Part shown: positions 13,501 through 24,870 of the stretch, piece after piece | Layout of the letters: each line of letters begins with the position of its first letter | How positions within the stretch are numbered: the stretch's first letter is position 1 | Source of the DNA: Collodictyon triciliatum | Taxonomy: Eukaryota | DNA length: 37,852 bases | Direction: 5' to 3' | NCBI GenBank assembly: GCA_043381765.1 | Contig: JBHJMP010000924.1 | Span: forward strand, 1-37,852 | Notes under the pieces: generated by a model | Databases searched by the model: none | Told to the model about the DNA's origin: nothing | Seen by the model: the letters and a program-made list of their open reading frames with translations, nothing else | Translations under genes and position numbers: made by a program

Positions 13501-16500
13501 GTAGCATATTTCGTTGCAACTGGTAGCTGAAGAAAATTATGGAATAGCGAATTTTATTGTTACAATTTCAACACCGCGCTCGAATTTTGGTAGTCGCTGT
13601 ACTCAAAATTGTTTGTTTCATTTATTCAACGTTTTCCTGTATTTTCAATATATGAGTAGATTTAAAGGCTACCCAAACTCATCTGACGACCCACGAAGGT
13701 GCGGATATGTTTCATCCAACTCATCACACAATCTTCGGCTTTTTTGAAGGGCACCTAGCGACTACAGAGAATTGCAAACGATGATTGTAAATGCTTAGTT
13801 TTACCAGTCAACATTGAAATATGTGGCCATCTGCTTGTTTATATTTCTGAACAAACTGGTGATATATATATTGAAGGTTTTACTGAGCTAAATGTCTCGT
13901 TCTCTCTCATTGAAGATGTAAATAGGTCATTTTCATTCTCTGTTTCCTATAATGTGCCCCTTAATTAAAATATGAAAGAAAAATGGAAAAGGCTCGAGGG
14001 GAAAATATCTCGTATTTGTGAATGAAAATACGTGTAGCATTTTGGATGTAGGCGTTGCGTGGTCCTTTGGGGATAATGCTAAAGAGCAGAGTCTCAGTTC
14101 ATTGAGTGAACTTAATTTTTTTTTAATATGTAGTAAACATATACATAAAGAAGCGATAAATATGTATGCACATTCATACGCATGTCACTCTGCCTAGGCA
14201 ATGCAAGTTTCAGTAGAGTAAGACGGTCGGAACGCTTCAGGTCCTCTTCATCAACCTTTTGATTTCCGAGCACCAGGAATGAAGGCGTGTTGTGCATTAA
14301 GGCTGTACACTCGATTTATAAACCAATATATCAAGCACAAACCTCTTCGTCATCGTAGATGTACTCGTCCTCTTCAAAACTTTCCTCATCACTTTCACCG
14401 ACATACAGCTCAGATGGTTTTTTGTGTTGTTTCCCCAGCGCGTCAAACTCTATCGCGCCATCTTTTTTCCTTCCGTTCCTATTTATTGCTCCCATATTAG
14501 CTTTATGTATGGATCTATTGTGAAGACAGCATATTCGCATAATTTCGAACAATTTTTTTTAATAATAAGAAAGATCCGATTTTTTTATTCTTCCTTTCAA
14601 TTTTGTGCAGGATAGTGAAGATGTTGGCAATAAGAAAGATTCGATAGAATTTGGTTGGGAACTGGATACCTTAAGAATTGCTCCACCCATGTATTCAGAT
14701 CTTTGTCCCTATTGTAAACGAAATGCAACATAAGAAAAAGAGTACCAACTTACTGTTTCATTTTTCTTGGGACAAAACATGCTACTCATTGTCTCTCTTG
14801 CGCGACTGTCTGGTTTTTTCATATTGAACAAGCTGCATCTCAGTTCGATGTGAAAAGTTGGCTTCGTCAAGGAGAGCCTTGAGAAATTCCTGTATTCTCC
14901 CAGAGAAATCAAATTTATTACATGAAAAATGACTCTGGACTCTTGTCTTTCAAATGTTTGTTTTTACCTTCCGTGCAATATCCTGAGAGGATAATCTCAT
15001 CGTTCTACTTGCGATTCGCGTAATCTTCTGATCCCTTTATTTGATTTAATGTTATTTCATTTGACTTTGGAACAAATGAATGAGCCAGGTAAGCAGGTAC
15101 GAATGATGCATATTCTAAATTGAAGGTCAAAAGTTCACCTCTCGAATTTTCTTTTCCATGTTTTCATGTCTAATTTTATCTCTTCAGCAGCTAAATTTAT
15201 TTCATCCACGGTGATTGGGGCGTCATTCAAGTCTGACAAACTACACATCAAATTTCAGTGTATATCTAGACCAAGACAGATACAAAAAAATTTTTCAAAA
15301 GACTTGTACGGTCTTTATTCTTGTTGCCAAAGTGATATGAAAAATAAAAATAAAATTTCGACTTATTCGGTACGAACCTGCGGAATGGGCCGCCTGGGCG
15401 CGGAGTTGGAGCTGGTCGTAGCTCAACCGCTATGGCCTCGCTGATAGCCCTATAGAGTACTTTTGATGATTGATGTCTTTCACTCTTCCTTACTTTTTCT
15501 TTTTCATCCGTTAATTAATTTACAGGAAACGAGAGCGCCATCATTGCTCTGATTTCATTCAACCTCCTCTATCTGCCCAATACACCAGGGAGAATAAAGA
15601 AAGGAAGTAGAAAACAAAGAAAGTAATAGAATGCAAACCATACGTAAAAAAATAAACTAAAAAAAGGGCAAACTTTTCACTGTAACGAGTGATGTTCGAG
15701 TGTCCCCTGCCGGATGATACGGAGGCAGACTGGATTATATGTGATAGAGCAGCAGATTGCCCGGTTGAAGAGTTTGTACTCGCGTTCGGAACTTGAGGCT
15801 TCTGACTCAAAGGAACAAGTTTTGCAGTCCTGTTTTTCATATATTACGAGACCAGGGCATTTAACATTGTTATATTAAAAAAAAAAGTGAAACCCAAAAA
15901 GATAACAATAAAAAAATAGAGAAAATGAAAGCCAGAAATGAGTAACCATATAATGCAATCAAACCTGAGATGAGCAGAAGAAGGACGTGTTGATTGGTGC
16001 GCATTATTCCCAGTATCGGCTGAGCTGTTTGCAGAATGCATATTAGCTCTTAATTTGTGCTGCATTTGTCCTTCTGGTGTTGTCCTTCCAAGAGACTGCA
16101 CCGGAGGAGTGGACGAAGCACGTGGATGCGGTTGACTATGGTGTGATGTTTGATATGACACGGCCTTGGGTGCTTGCTCTCCCACATCATGAGCTGTGGG
16201 TATTTCCTCACTGGGCGCGTCTTCCGCCTCAAGTTCATCGGGGTCGATAAATTGCGAAAGTTGGCCGTAAAGTTTCGAGAGGGCCGGTGATACATACTTT
16301 TTTCAAGAAAAGAAGTAAAAGATGTGCTATCCTGAAACTCTTGTTTGTTTGTTTGTTTGTTTGTTTGTTTGTTTGTTTGTTTGTTTGTTTGTTTGTTTGT
16401 TTGTTTGTTTGTTTGTTTGTTTGTTTGTTTGTTTGTTAATTAGAATGAAAATAAATCCATGTTTAAGTTATGGCTAATTCACCTGTCTCTTCTTTGGTAC

Positions 16501-18498
16501 ATTAGGTGCTTCTTGGTGTATCGAAGAGGCATTCCGACTGTCTATTTTTGGGTCGATTGGAAATGTCTTCATGTTGAACTCAAGCAAATCTTGGACAGTA
16601 AAGTCTGATGTAACAGTAAGAAAAATGATGAATTTTTTTTGTCCCTGAAATAATTACGTGCATAAAAGATACAAATATTCAAATTCCTTGAGAAGGAACT
16701 GGTCTCGGGATATTATTTAAGTGATGAATGATGTTCGCTAGAAGACCTTTGTATTTTCCTTGCCGAACGGTGGCAACCAAGAATGCCTCTATCAGGTACA
16801 CTCGTTGGTTGACAAAGGCGATTGGGTTATACCGGATGTCAAGTTTGGTTAATCTTGTAAGTGGTGCCAATGCCATAATGTCAAACTAAACAGGAAGACA
16901 AAGTTTATACGCTATATTTAATCATAATTACATAAGCACCGCAATACTTTATAATATTTTAGTGAATTCGTCGCATTTCATCATTCTTCCTGCATTCTTC
17001 GACTGGAAATAAAATTGAGTTGAATATTGACGGTTTCATTACCACGTCTAAGAGATGGTTATGGCTCAAGTCGAGTTCCTTGAGCAGTGGAAGAGAACTA
17101 GCAAATCTGGGTGCCAGAAAGTAGTTTTTTTGTGCGCAGCAGTGTCATTCAGTTGTTACTTATCGACTGGTCTCAGATGATTTATGATTATATAAGTACA
17201 AACTCTGCTCCTGGAATGGTTTGAATGGAGTTGTGGCTGATGTTCAATGATTCAAGCGACTGGAAGCGAAATATAATGGGTGGAAACACTTGAATTGTCT
17301 CTTTTGTTAGGTTCAGCTTTGGCATTCTTACGAGAAGGTCATCTGAAAATGTCTAGAGAAAGAGCAGCATGATTAAGAATCAAATATTGAACGAGGAATA
17401 AAGGCTTTTACATGAACAAAATAACAATTGAACGATGGAACACAAGAATAGGTACATAAATGTGCATGTTAAGTCTAATTCGCTAATAGCGATGGAATTT
17501 CTGTTTGAGAAGAATAGTGTGCCGAAATTAAGTTTGGATATACTTCCATCAGTGTTCGGATACTAGAGGGCATATTATGCTGGTCACGGACTGAAATGAT
17601 TGGTGGTGTTGAAACACCCGAGGAATCTTTCGAAGACTTTACGGACTAAAATGAAAAATAATCTTATGAGTAGGATAAAACTCTATCTATCGATTCATTT
17701 GGACGATAGTAATATTCAATATCTTTTGGAAGATATATTGTGATATATTGATGTAACATATCGGAGAGCAGGGAGAAATTGCAGGGGTATGGTAAGCTCT
17801 GTTAAATAATATGTGTACGAAGGATACCGTTAATTCATCTCCTCTTATATTCTCGGAGGTATGGTGAGATGCAGATGTGGATGCTCCGTCATGATCTGCA
17901 CGTGACCAAAGAAAAATAAAGATATTAGCTAAACAAAACTGAGTATTTGCCAAGTCTCATCATTCTCGAAAAACGAATCAATCAAAGTAATCCATTTTGA
18001 ATTATGATAAAGATGAAAAAAAAACTTTGGAATCGAAATCTAATTGCTGTGTGTAATATGATTTTTTAAACTTCATAAGCATTTATTTCCACGATTCTTT
18101 GAAGAAAAAACACTACATGACAGCAGGTTTCAAAATGAATAAAGAAATGAATTAGCTGATAAATAATTCACATATATAAATTCTCGTGTTTACCATCTTT
18201 CTGTCTTATATGGTTATGGTTGTGTGATGCCATATTCATCACAGCTTCCTCCATGAGTTTGGGCATAAAAGATCGACGATCAAGCGGACCAGATGCAAGA
18301 ACGGAGTCGAGGCGCTTACGAGAAGCCCTCATCGCACTCCCTGAGACCAAAAAGGATAGGAAAAGTTTCAATAAGTAATTCGCCAATCAAACAAAACAAA
18401 ACAAAACAAAACAAAACAAAACAAAACAAAACAAAACAAAACAAAACAAAACAAAACAAAACAAAACAAAACAAAACAAAACAATACAAAACAATACA

Positions 18499-18529
<31 letters not shown>

Positions 18530-18858
18530 CAAAACAAAACAAAACAAAACAAAACAAAACAATACAAAAAAACAAAGCAAAACAAAACAAAAAAAGGAGA
18601 GGAAAGGTCAGCACAATAAAGACGTAAAGACTTACCTGGGGCGAATGCATTAGACGCAACCCGATCCCGCAGCACGCGTGTGGACAGAGTCGAACCTCTT
18701 CTTTCCAAACCAGTGGGTATGGATCGAGACGCGTCGCTCTGCAGAGCAGCTGGGTTGGTTGATTGGCCTTCAAATCCCGCGCTCTGCATCGGACTAAGAC
18801 AGCAAAAGCGTGACGATTCACATCGTAATTCGTAGGAAGCCGTTTCCTTATGATGCAT
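10586..18858 (-). CDS. Large leucine-rich-repeat protein with acidic and coiled-coil C-terminal region, >20 exons
   Basis: LRR units LESLNISHNSIQTI, LKELDLSHNHL and LTKLDIRYNP, plus LRR-cap-like RVYLIE and LSDLNDAPITVDE. Most exons chain in phase with GT-AG introns from 18858 to the TAA at 10586. The start codon and the single-gene model are inferred. Confidence 0.65.
13086..13208. repeat. 10-bp tandem repeat (AAATCAAAAC/AAATTAAGAT variants), intronic
   Basis: Directly visible. Confidence 0.9.
16340..16437. repeat. (TTTG)n microsatellite, intronic
   Basis: Directly visible. Confidence 0.95.
18388..18595. repeat. (AAAAC)n microsatellite in LRR gene intron 1
   Basis: Directly visible. Confidence 0.95.
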
Positions 18859-18918
18859 TATTCGTAGTTGCAGGAAGAGTCACGCACCCTTCCAGTTGCT
18901 TTATAACAGCATATTATT

Positions 18919-19012
18919 AAAAAAAAAAAAAGAGACGCTAAAGGAAGCAAAAAAAAAAAAAAAAAAAAAAAAAAAGAGACCCAAAAGAAAAAAAAAAAAA
19001 AAAAAAAAAAAG
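18919..19012. repeat. Poly(A) tracts upstream of the LRR gene (poly-U on the sense strand)
   Basis: Three homopolymer runs directly visible. Confidence 0.9.
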
Positions 19013-19179
19013 GTATATCCCGGCTGCTCCTGAGACATCAAGCCAGATTATTTTGTGAGTCCGCGTTTGGGAAAAGAGTTCGTTGGATATTTCCAGATAT
19101 GTAATTTATGAAGTATTTGGTTAAAGAGGGCGGAATCACACGGTGCGTTTGGTGTATTCCGTTCTGCATCGCCCTGCGG

Positions 19180-21202
19180 CTAAGCGCTGCGTGTTTGGAG
19201 TGTGTCCAACGCGGGTTGGAACTCAGTGGCGAGCTGGTCGCACATTTTGATGTGGGAAGCGAGAGCCTAATTTTAATATGTAAAATATATTCACATTTTT
19301 TTCTACATACTTGATATACTCAACGGGTTGATGAGGGTTTATCTTTTACACCTTTTTTTTATCTTTATCTTTTTATATTTTTTCTGAGTGTAATTTTTTT
19401 TTCTTCTGTAAAATATCCAAGGAAGAATAACATCTCACCTCTCGCAGAGGAACTTCTGCATCTTGAAATCTTCTATTCCACGCGTCATACATTTCGCGCT
19501 TTAGTTTGAAATGTTCGTATTCAAATGCTTGCTTCTTGGAGAGTAGCTTGGCCTCATTCTGAGTTGATGTGCGATTATATTTGAAGATTGAGAAAAGAAA
19601 TAGAAATCAATATGGCAAAGGCAAAACAATATTAATTTACTTGATATTTTGTGGACTTCAATATCATTTTTCTTGAGTAAAAAACAAAAATAAAAGAAAG
19701 AAAAATGGTGATGGAATCAGATGAGAAAGTTACTCGAGGAAGACGCTCAGGGTCTGAATCCGCATGCATTTGAAGGTCTTGGACTTTGTTGAGGTAAAAC
19801 TCATAATCAAGCTCCTTGTTTTTTCTATCCTCCTCATTTTTCTACGAATGGAGTCACAACAGGTGAATATGACCGGCAACAGAATAATTTCGTTATAGAG
19901 TCGTCATGATATGATATTGGGGGAAATCTCAATATCCTTTGTTCCGTTTATGTAAAGAAACCTTGAAACTGTCCCACTGCTCCAAGTATTTCGAATATGG
20001 AGTTAACGCTTTCGACAAGAACCTTTCGACCTTATAGTATGTAAGATACCGTCATACAGACAAGGGCGCGAAAGATTGCAAATATTATAAGGAAAGCAAG
20101 GTTTTTGCACGCTTATTCGTGTAATTGCGTACCCTGCCGGATTTTTCCTCAGGGTCTCCGTGGCTCTTTGTCACAGTGTGGAACTTGGTCGCGGCCGGCC
20201 TTACTGTAGACTTGCTCTCCGTACAGTCAATAATGTGCGAAGACAGGCGATACATAACAGCGCTCAATGCTATGAGAAAACAAATCAAAGCTGTGCCGTA
20301 ATTCGAAAAATAAGACTCGTGTGCAAACACGAGAAAAAAATGGCGATTTGTTGATATGGAATATGCAAGGTACAATCGAGGGCTCATGAAAGACTGCAAT
20401 AGAAGAAAATATCGCTGATTCCTGTAGAAATGAATTATACGATTTTGTGCTGTGAGAAAAATGGTGGTGTAATAGTGGTATACTTCTCTGCGAATCCAGG
20501 TACTTTTTCATCTCTTTTTCTATACAGTCAGATTGGTGGGATAATACCACCACTTGATTGTACATCTTATTGTATTCCTGTGATAAATATTATTTTCATG
20601 AAAATATTTCCCATCAATCTGAAAGACCAAATGAACTACAACACTCGACGTTTTTTTTTTGTTTCGTTTTGTTTTGGTTTGGTTTGGTTTGGTTTGGTTT
20701 GGTTTGGTTTGTTTTGCTTTGTTTTGTTTTGTTTTGTTTTTGTTTTGTTTTGTTTTGTTTTGTTTTGTTTTGTTTTGTTTTGTTTTGTTTTGTTTTGTTT
20801 TGTTTTGTTTTGTTTTGTTTTGTTTTGTTTTGTTTTAGATTGCTTTGTTTTGTTTTGTTTTGTTTTGTTTTGTTTTGTTTTGTTTTAGATTGCTTTGTTT
20901 TGTTTTGTTTTGTTTTGTTTTGTTTTGTTTGGTTTGGTTTTGTTTTGTTTTGTTTTGTTTTGTTTTGTTTTGTTTTGTTTATTTTATTTTATATTATATT
21001 ATAAAGGGAGTGTTTTCTTAAGTCTTGTACCTCATCGTAAGGTGTGCTATGTCTTTCCTTGTCAAACTTTCGCAGCGTCTGCAAGCAGTGGGTATTAAAG
21101 ACAATAGAGACAAACAATAGAGAAAACCATTCTAACGCCTCTCACCTTCTCCTTGGTGCGTCTCAGCGATCCCTTGATTGAAGTCCACGATTCACTCGCC
21201 AT
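19180..21202 (-). CDS. BAR-domain protein (amphiphysin/Rvs161/BIN3-like), 7 exons
   Basis: Spliced product MASESWTSIKGSLRRTKEK...EMKKYLDSQR...DRKNKELDYEFYLNKVQDL...DPERLPRNEAKLLSKKQAFE. It shows an N-terminal amphipathic helix and the R.xK.LDY pattern of BAR domains. All introns are GT-AG; ends at TAG. Confidence 0.75.
20650..20995. repeat. (TTTTG/TTTGG)n microsatellite in BAR gene intron 2
   Basis: Directly visible. Confidence 0.95.
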
Positions 21203-21550
21203 GTCGAGAACTAGAACCTGAACCCTGTCGACTTTTATTTTCTACTTTTTGCAGCTTATTTTCATTCTATTTTTTTTTGATTTATTTGTGATTTATTTGT
21301 GATTTATCGACATCACATTATATATATTTTCTGTTGATTCGTGATTGCCTTCGTTTGCAGATAGATCAGCCGCGGCACAAAGTAGGAGGCTTGCTTTATT
21401 GGATGCCTGATTCGGTATGAGTAAACAGAAAGGGCTTCGTAGCCTTTGGACAAGGCGGGAGGAGGAAAATGGTTGACAAGCAGAAAAGATAGATGGAAGG
21501 GTTGTTTGGACAGGTTATTATCCCAAAGGGCATCCCACGGGATATAGTTT

Positions 21551-24422
21551 CTAGAGAAGATAGTTGACTTTTTGTTTCTTGCAGTCACCACCAACTCGAT
21601 GCAACTGAATATCGCAGCGGTGATGCCAGTTCTCCACAGCTCGTCGTTCCATAGACGGGTCAAGCGGCTCATCCTCATCGCACCAAGAGCCCCATTCCAA
21701 AGTCTCGTCGCACTCCTACAAGGCATATTTTCAAATTAACAAGATACATAATCTTACAATATGACAGTTCCATAATATGTGTCCGTTTGATAATTAGTTT
21801 GGATGGTTTGGTGCAACCCCTCATCGCTATTTTTTAAAAGAAAAATAATAGAAAAAGTAATTATAGAGAAGAGGGTTATGATAATAGGTAAGAAATGAGT
21901 ATAATAAGAAAAGAAAAGATAAATGAGGGATAGGCTTCGGGTTGGAGATGAGATAGACAAGGTCACAGTAGAATGAATCCCGTGTTTTTTTTTTTAACTT
22001 CGTTATGAAAAAGAGCAATAATTTCAAATATCATTTATCAAAGGTAGAATTCATAACGCCTCAGTCAAAAATATTGATGTTTTATATATAAAAAAACGAA
22101 GGAGAAAGAGAAGGAGAAAAGAACATCGAAGATGTGTACCGGTTCATCATTCTCAAACTTTGGGTCGTTCTCCATCAGAAAGCTGAATAACCTCTGGTGG
22201 TCGAGATGATTGTACAGCATCGTGGTGTGCCCATTAGTCCACGCAGCGTCAACTCCTCTAAGGTGTGCACTCGTTGTAGTTCTGTTCAGAAAGTACCACT
22301 GTCCGGTGGGTAGTAACTTGTTAAGGACTACACTAAAAAAACTTCAGTTTCAGGATGTAAAATGACGTTTTGGGTAATTAGAAACATAAGATTGATTGAA
22401 AGAAAGAAAAGAACAACTTGAAATCAGTGTTTAGTTGATTATTTATGTAGTTTTACTAATCAATAGCTCCGTTTTCCATGAGAAATGCGGGTTTGGTAAT
22501 CCAGACACAAATCGATTCCATGCAATTTGTTTCTGAGAGAATCTTTCTTGGGAGCTTCGTCTGTGGAAACCCTAACGCGAAACTCTCATAATCAGCCCCA
22601 AAAACCATATCCCAGCTCGAAACACTTAGGTAATATATATTTGGCCTGCGGTGTTTTTAAAAGAAGAAAAGAAATATATGGATTGTTTGTGGATTGAATA
22701 GTCATGAGATTGAATTAATACATACAAGCATATTGATAAATGGCAAAATGATCGGATGTATGTAAACCAGATGACCTGACTGCAATGTCTGAGAAATAAG
22801 GCAATCTTGCGTGCATATCTGATGTGAATGTAAACATGCAAAAAGTAAACCTTGTCGCTGATTAAATAAATTGTATATTATTACAAAGGATAAAATTTGA
22901 AACGGCCCATACCTTGATATTTAATTTCAGCATAAGAGAGGCATTTTTTGAGAATGCGTTAAATCAAGGAATTATTTTAAACATATTGGAAAATCGTGTG
23001 TTGTCATACCATCTAATTTTTCCAAGTTATATGGGAGAGGGTTCTCAACTGAGCAATAGTCGTTTATCTCCATTTTTTTCAACAGAATTTTGTATGTGTT
23101 TGGCTTATATATAAGTGTATAAAATTTGATATATTTACATTTTCAGATTCATATTCAAATGAAGTGGTCTTGTGTGAAATATTATGTATTTGGACATGTA
23201 TGTTTTTTTTTAACTTGATATTACTGCTGTTCTTTGAACTACGACATCAAGGAAGCGGAACTTCATCTCTGTAACTGTGGATGAGTTCAACCATCTCAGC
23301 TGATCGAACGGATCACTCTGAAAAGAGGGAGGTAATTTCGAAATGATAATTATCTGGTAATACTTTTATGTGAAGGAAATCGCCAGGGTGATATGTTGAG
23401 TGTTGTAAAACTTACATGAAACCATGTAATATGAATCAAACGTTTGTGAAACGATTAAAAGAATTACGATTGATTTATCGAACATAGATAAAAGGGATAG
23501 GGTGAGCCCCCGAATGTGAGAATCTCCTCCAAGAAACATCCACTTTCCAGAAAGATAGTTGTATATCTCATTGAAAGAACGATAATGGAAGTGGCAATCT
23601 GTTTTTTATGACATCAAAACGAAAGTACAATTATTTAGCAACAAAAATTCTGAAGATAATTCATTAGTAGTTTTTTTTTTTATACTGATAATTAATTATA
23701 AAATTTTACTGACTTCCATATCTGCCTTCCAAGGTGATTTGTGATGTTTTTGTTGTGACCTATTGATAATTTAAATAAAATTCAAATATTAGCTTAAAAA
23801 AGATGTGTGTCTGATTATCATTAAATGAAGTTGATAAAATCGAAGAGGCATCGCATTATGGAGATATGTCATATCTATGTATAAATATTGTTTTTTGATG
23901 TTACCGTTTCATCCCATGGCGTTGTCTTGCATCTCGGTGTGCAAACACAATCCCGTTCTTTCTTATAAAATTCTTTATGCTTCTCTGCGAATGATTTTTC
24001 ATGTCTTGTTTGCCCTGGGTCATTTAGATACCACATATTAAGCACAACAATAGATCTACATCCGAATATATCATGTATGACTAGAACTTGGAGCTGAATT
24101 CGACGCATATATATTTTTGGTCTCTTTTCAACAGTTTATTGAGAGAAAAACGATGCATATATATTTCATTCATCCATATAATAGCTGAAGCAACTCCGCT
24201 ATTTGAATCTTAGAGCCTTAGAAATACCTCAGCTGCAGAATGTCTCACTTTCGCAATGCTGTCTATGTGTTTTGTATCTAAATTAGAAAAGAAAAAATCA
24301 CCTTCTTGGTAAGTCCAGAGCATCTCTGACGAAAGGAAACACAGTGTCGCAAAAAGAAGCACGGCAACAAACAACCCATTCTTTGCGAGGAACTCCTTGA
24401 AAAAACTGCGAGGAGACTCCAT
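21551..24422 (-). CDS. Type II membrane SGNH/PC-esterase-like (TBL/PCED/NXPE-type) acyl esterase or O-acyltransferase
   Basis: N-terminal transmembrane helix (GLFVAVLLFATLCFL), then C..F....Y.YLSGKWMFLGGDSHIR (GDS nucleophile motif), PNIYYLSVSSWD, ICVWITKP and a C-terminal NGH. The final exon ends at TAG 21551; its junction is less certain. Confidence 0.72.
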
Positions 24423-24870
24423 CTGCGCTACCTAGAACAGAGTATATTATAGTTGACAAGTCTTTCTACGTTTCATAATTGATTTAATATTATTGCGATC
24501 ATGCGAATGGCTTTTCCGCTGCCTTCTTTAGGTGAGACCTTGGATACTAGCGCACCAGATTTACCAATCAAAAGATTAGTATACCCCTTCTAGTACAGAA
24601 TGACAGAAGTTTATCAAACTAAAACAAACAAATAGTTTATAAGATCGAAGATCAAACAAAAGGAACAACTCCAACAAAGAACAAAGAACAAAAAAATAAA
24701 ATAAAAAAAAAGTGCAGAACACAAAAGAAAAAAACCAGAGGCTGAGTACCAATAAACTGCCTTGCGTTGACAGGTGAGACGCCAGTACATTCTTTTTCTT
24801 CTCGGAGACAAAGAAATCTTTGGAAAGAAGGAGGCTAAGGGATCTGCAACCAAGCGCAACACAAGCAAAC

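Noticed and set aside
18388-20995. (AAAAC)n and (GTTTT)n arrays forming an inverted pair, resembling transposon terminal repeats
   Set aside because: Simple repeats in introns of two host genes; no transposase or target-site duplication seen.
18293-21098. ORFs made of FVLFC or KQNKT repeats (also poly-L, LFIH, VRVR and FFLF ORFs elsewhere)
   Set aside because: They are translations of intronic microsatellites.
21313-21726. 137-aa minus-strand ORF with faint Tim17/22-like wording (AAIFSCIE)
   Set aside because: It overlaps, in another frame, the likely last exon of the PC-esterase gene, and lacks the Gly-rich transmembrane motifs.
22320-22327. Perfect TCCTTAAC U12 branch motif on the minus strand
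   Set aside because: It is coding (V-L-N) in an exon joined by a canonical GT-AG intron.
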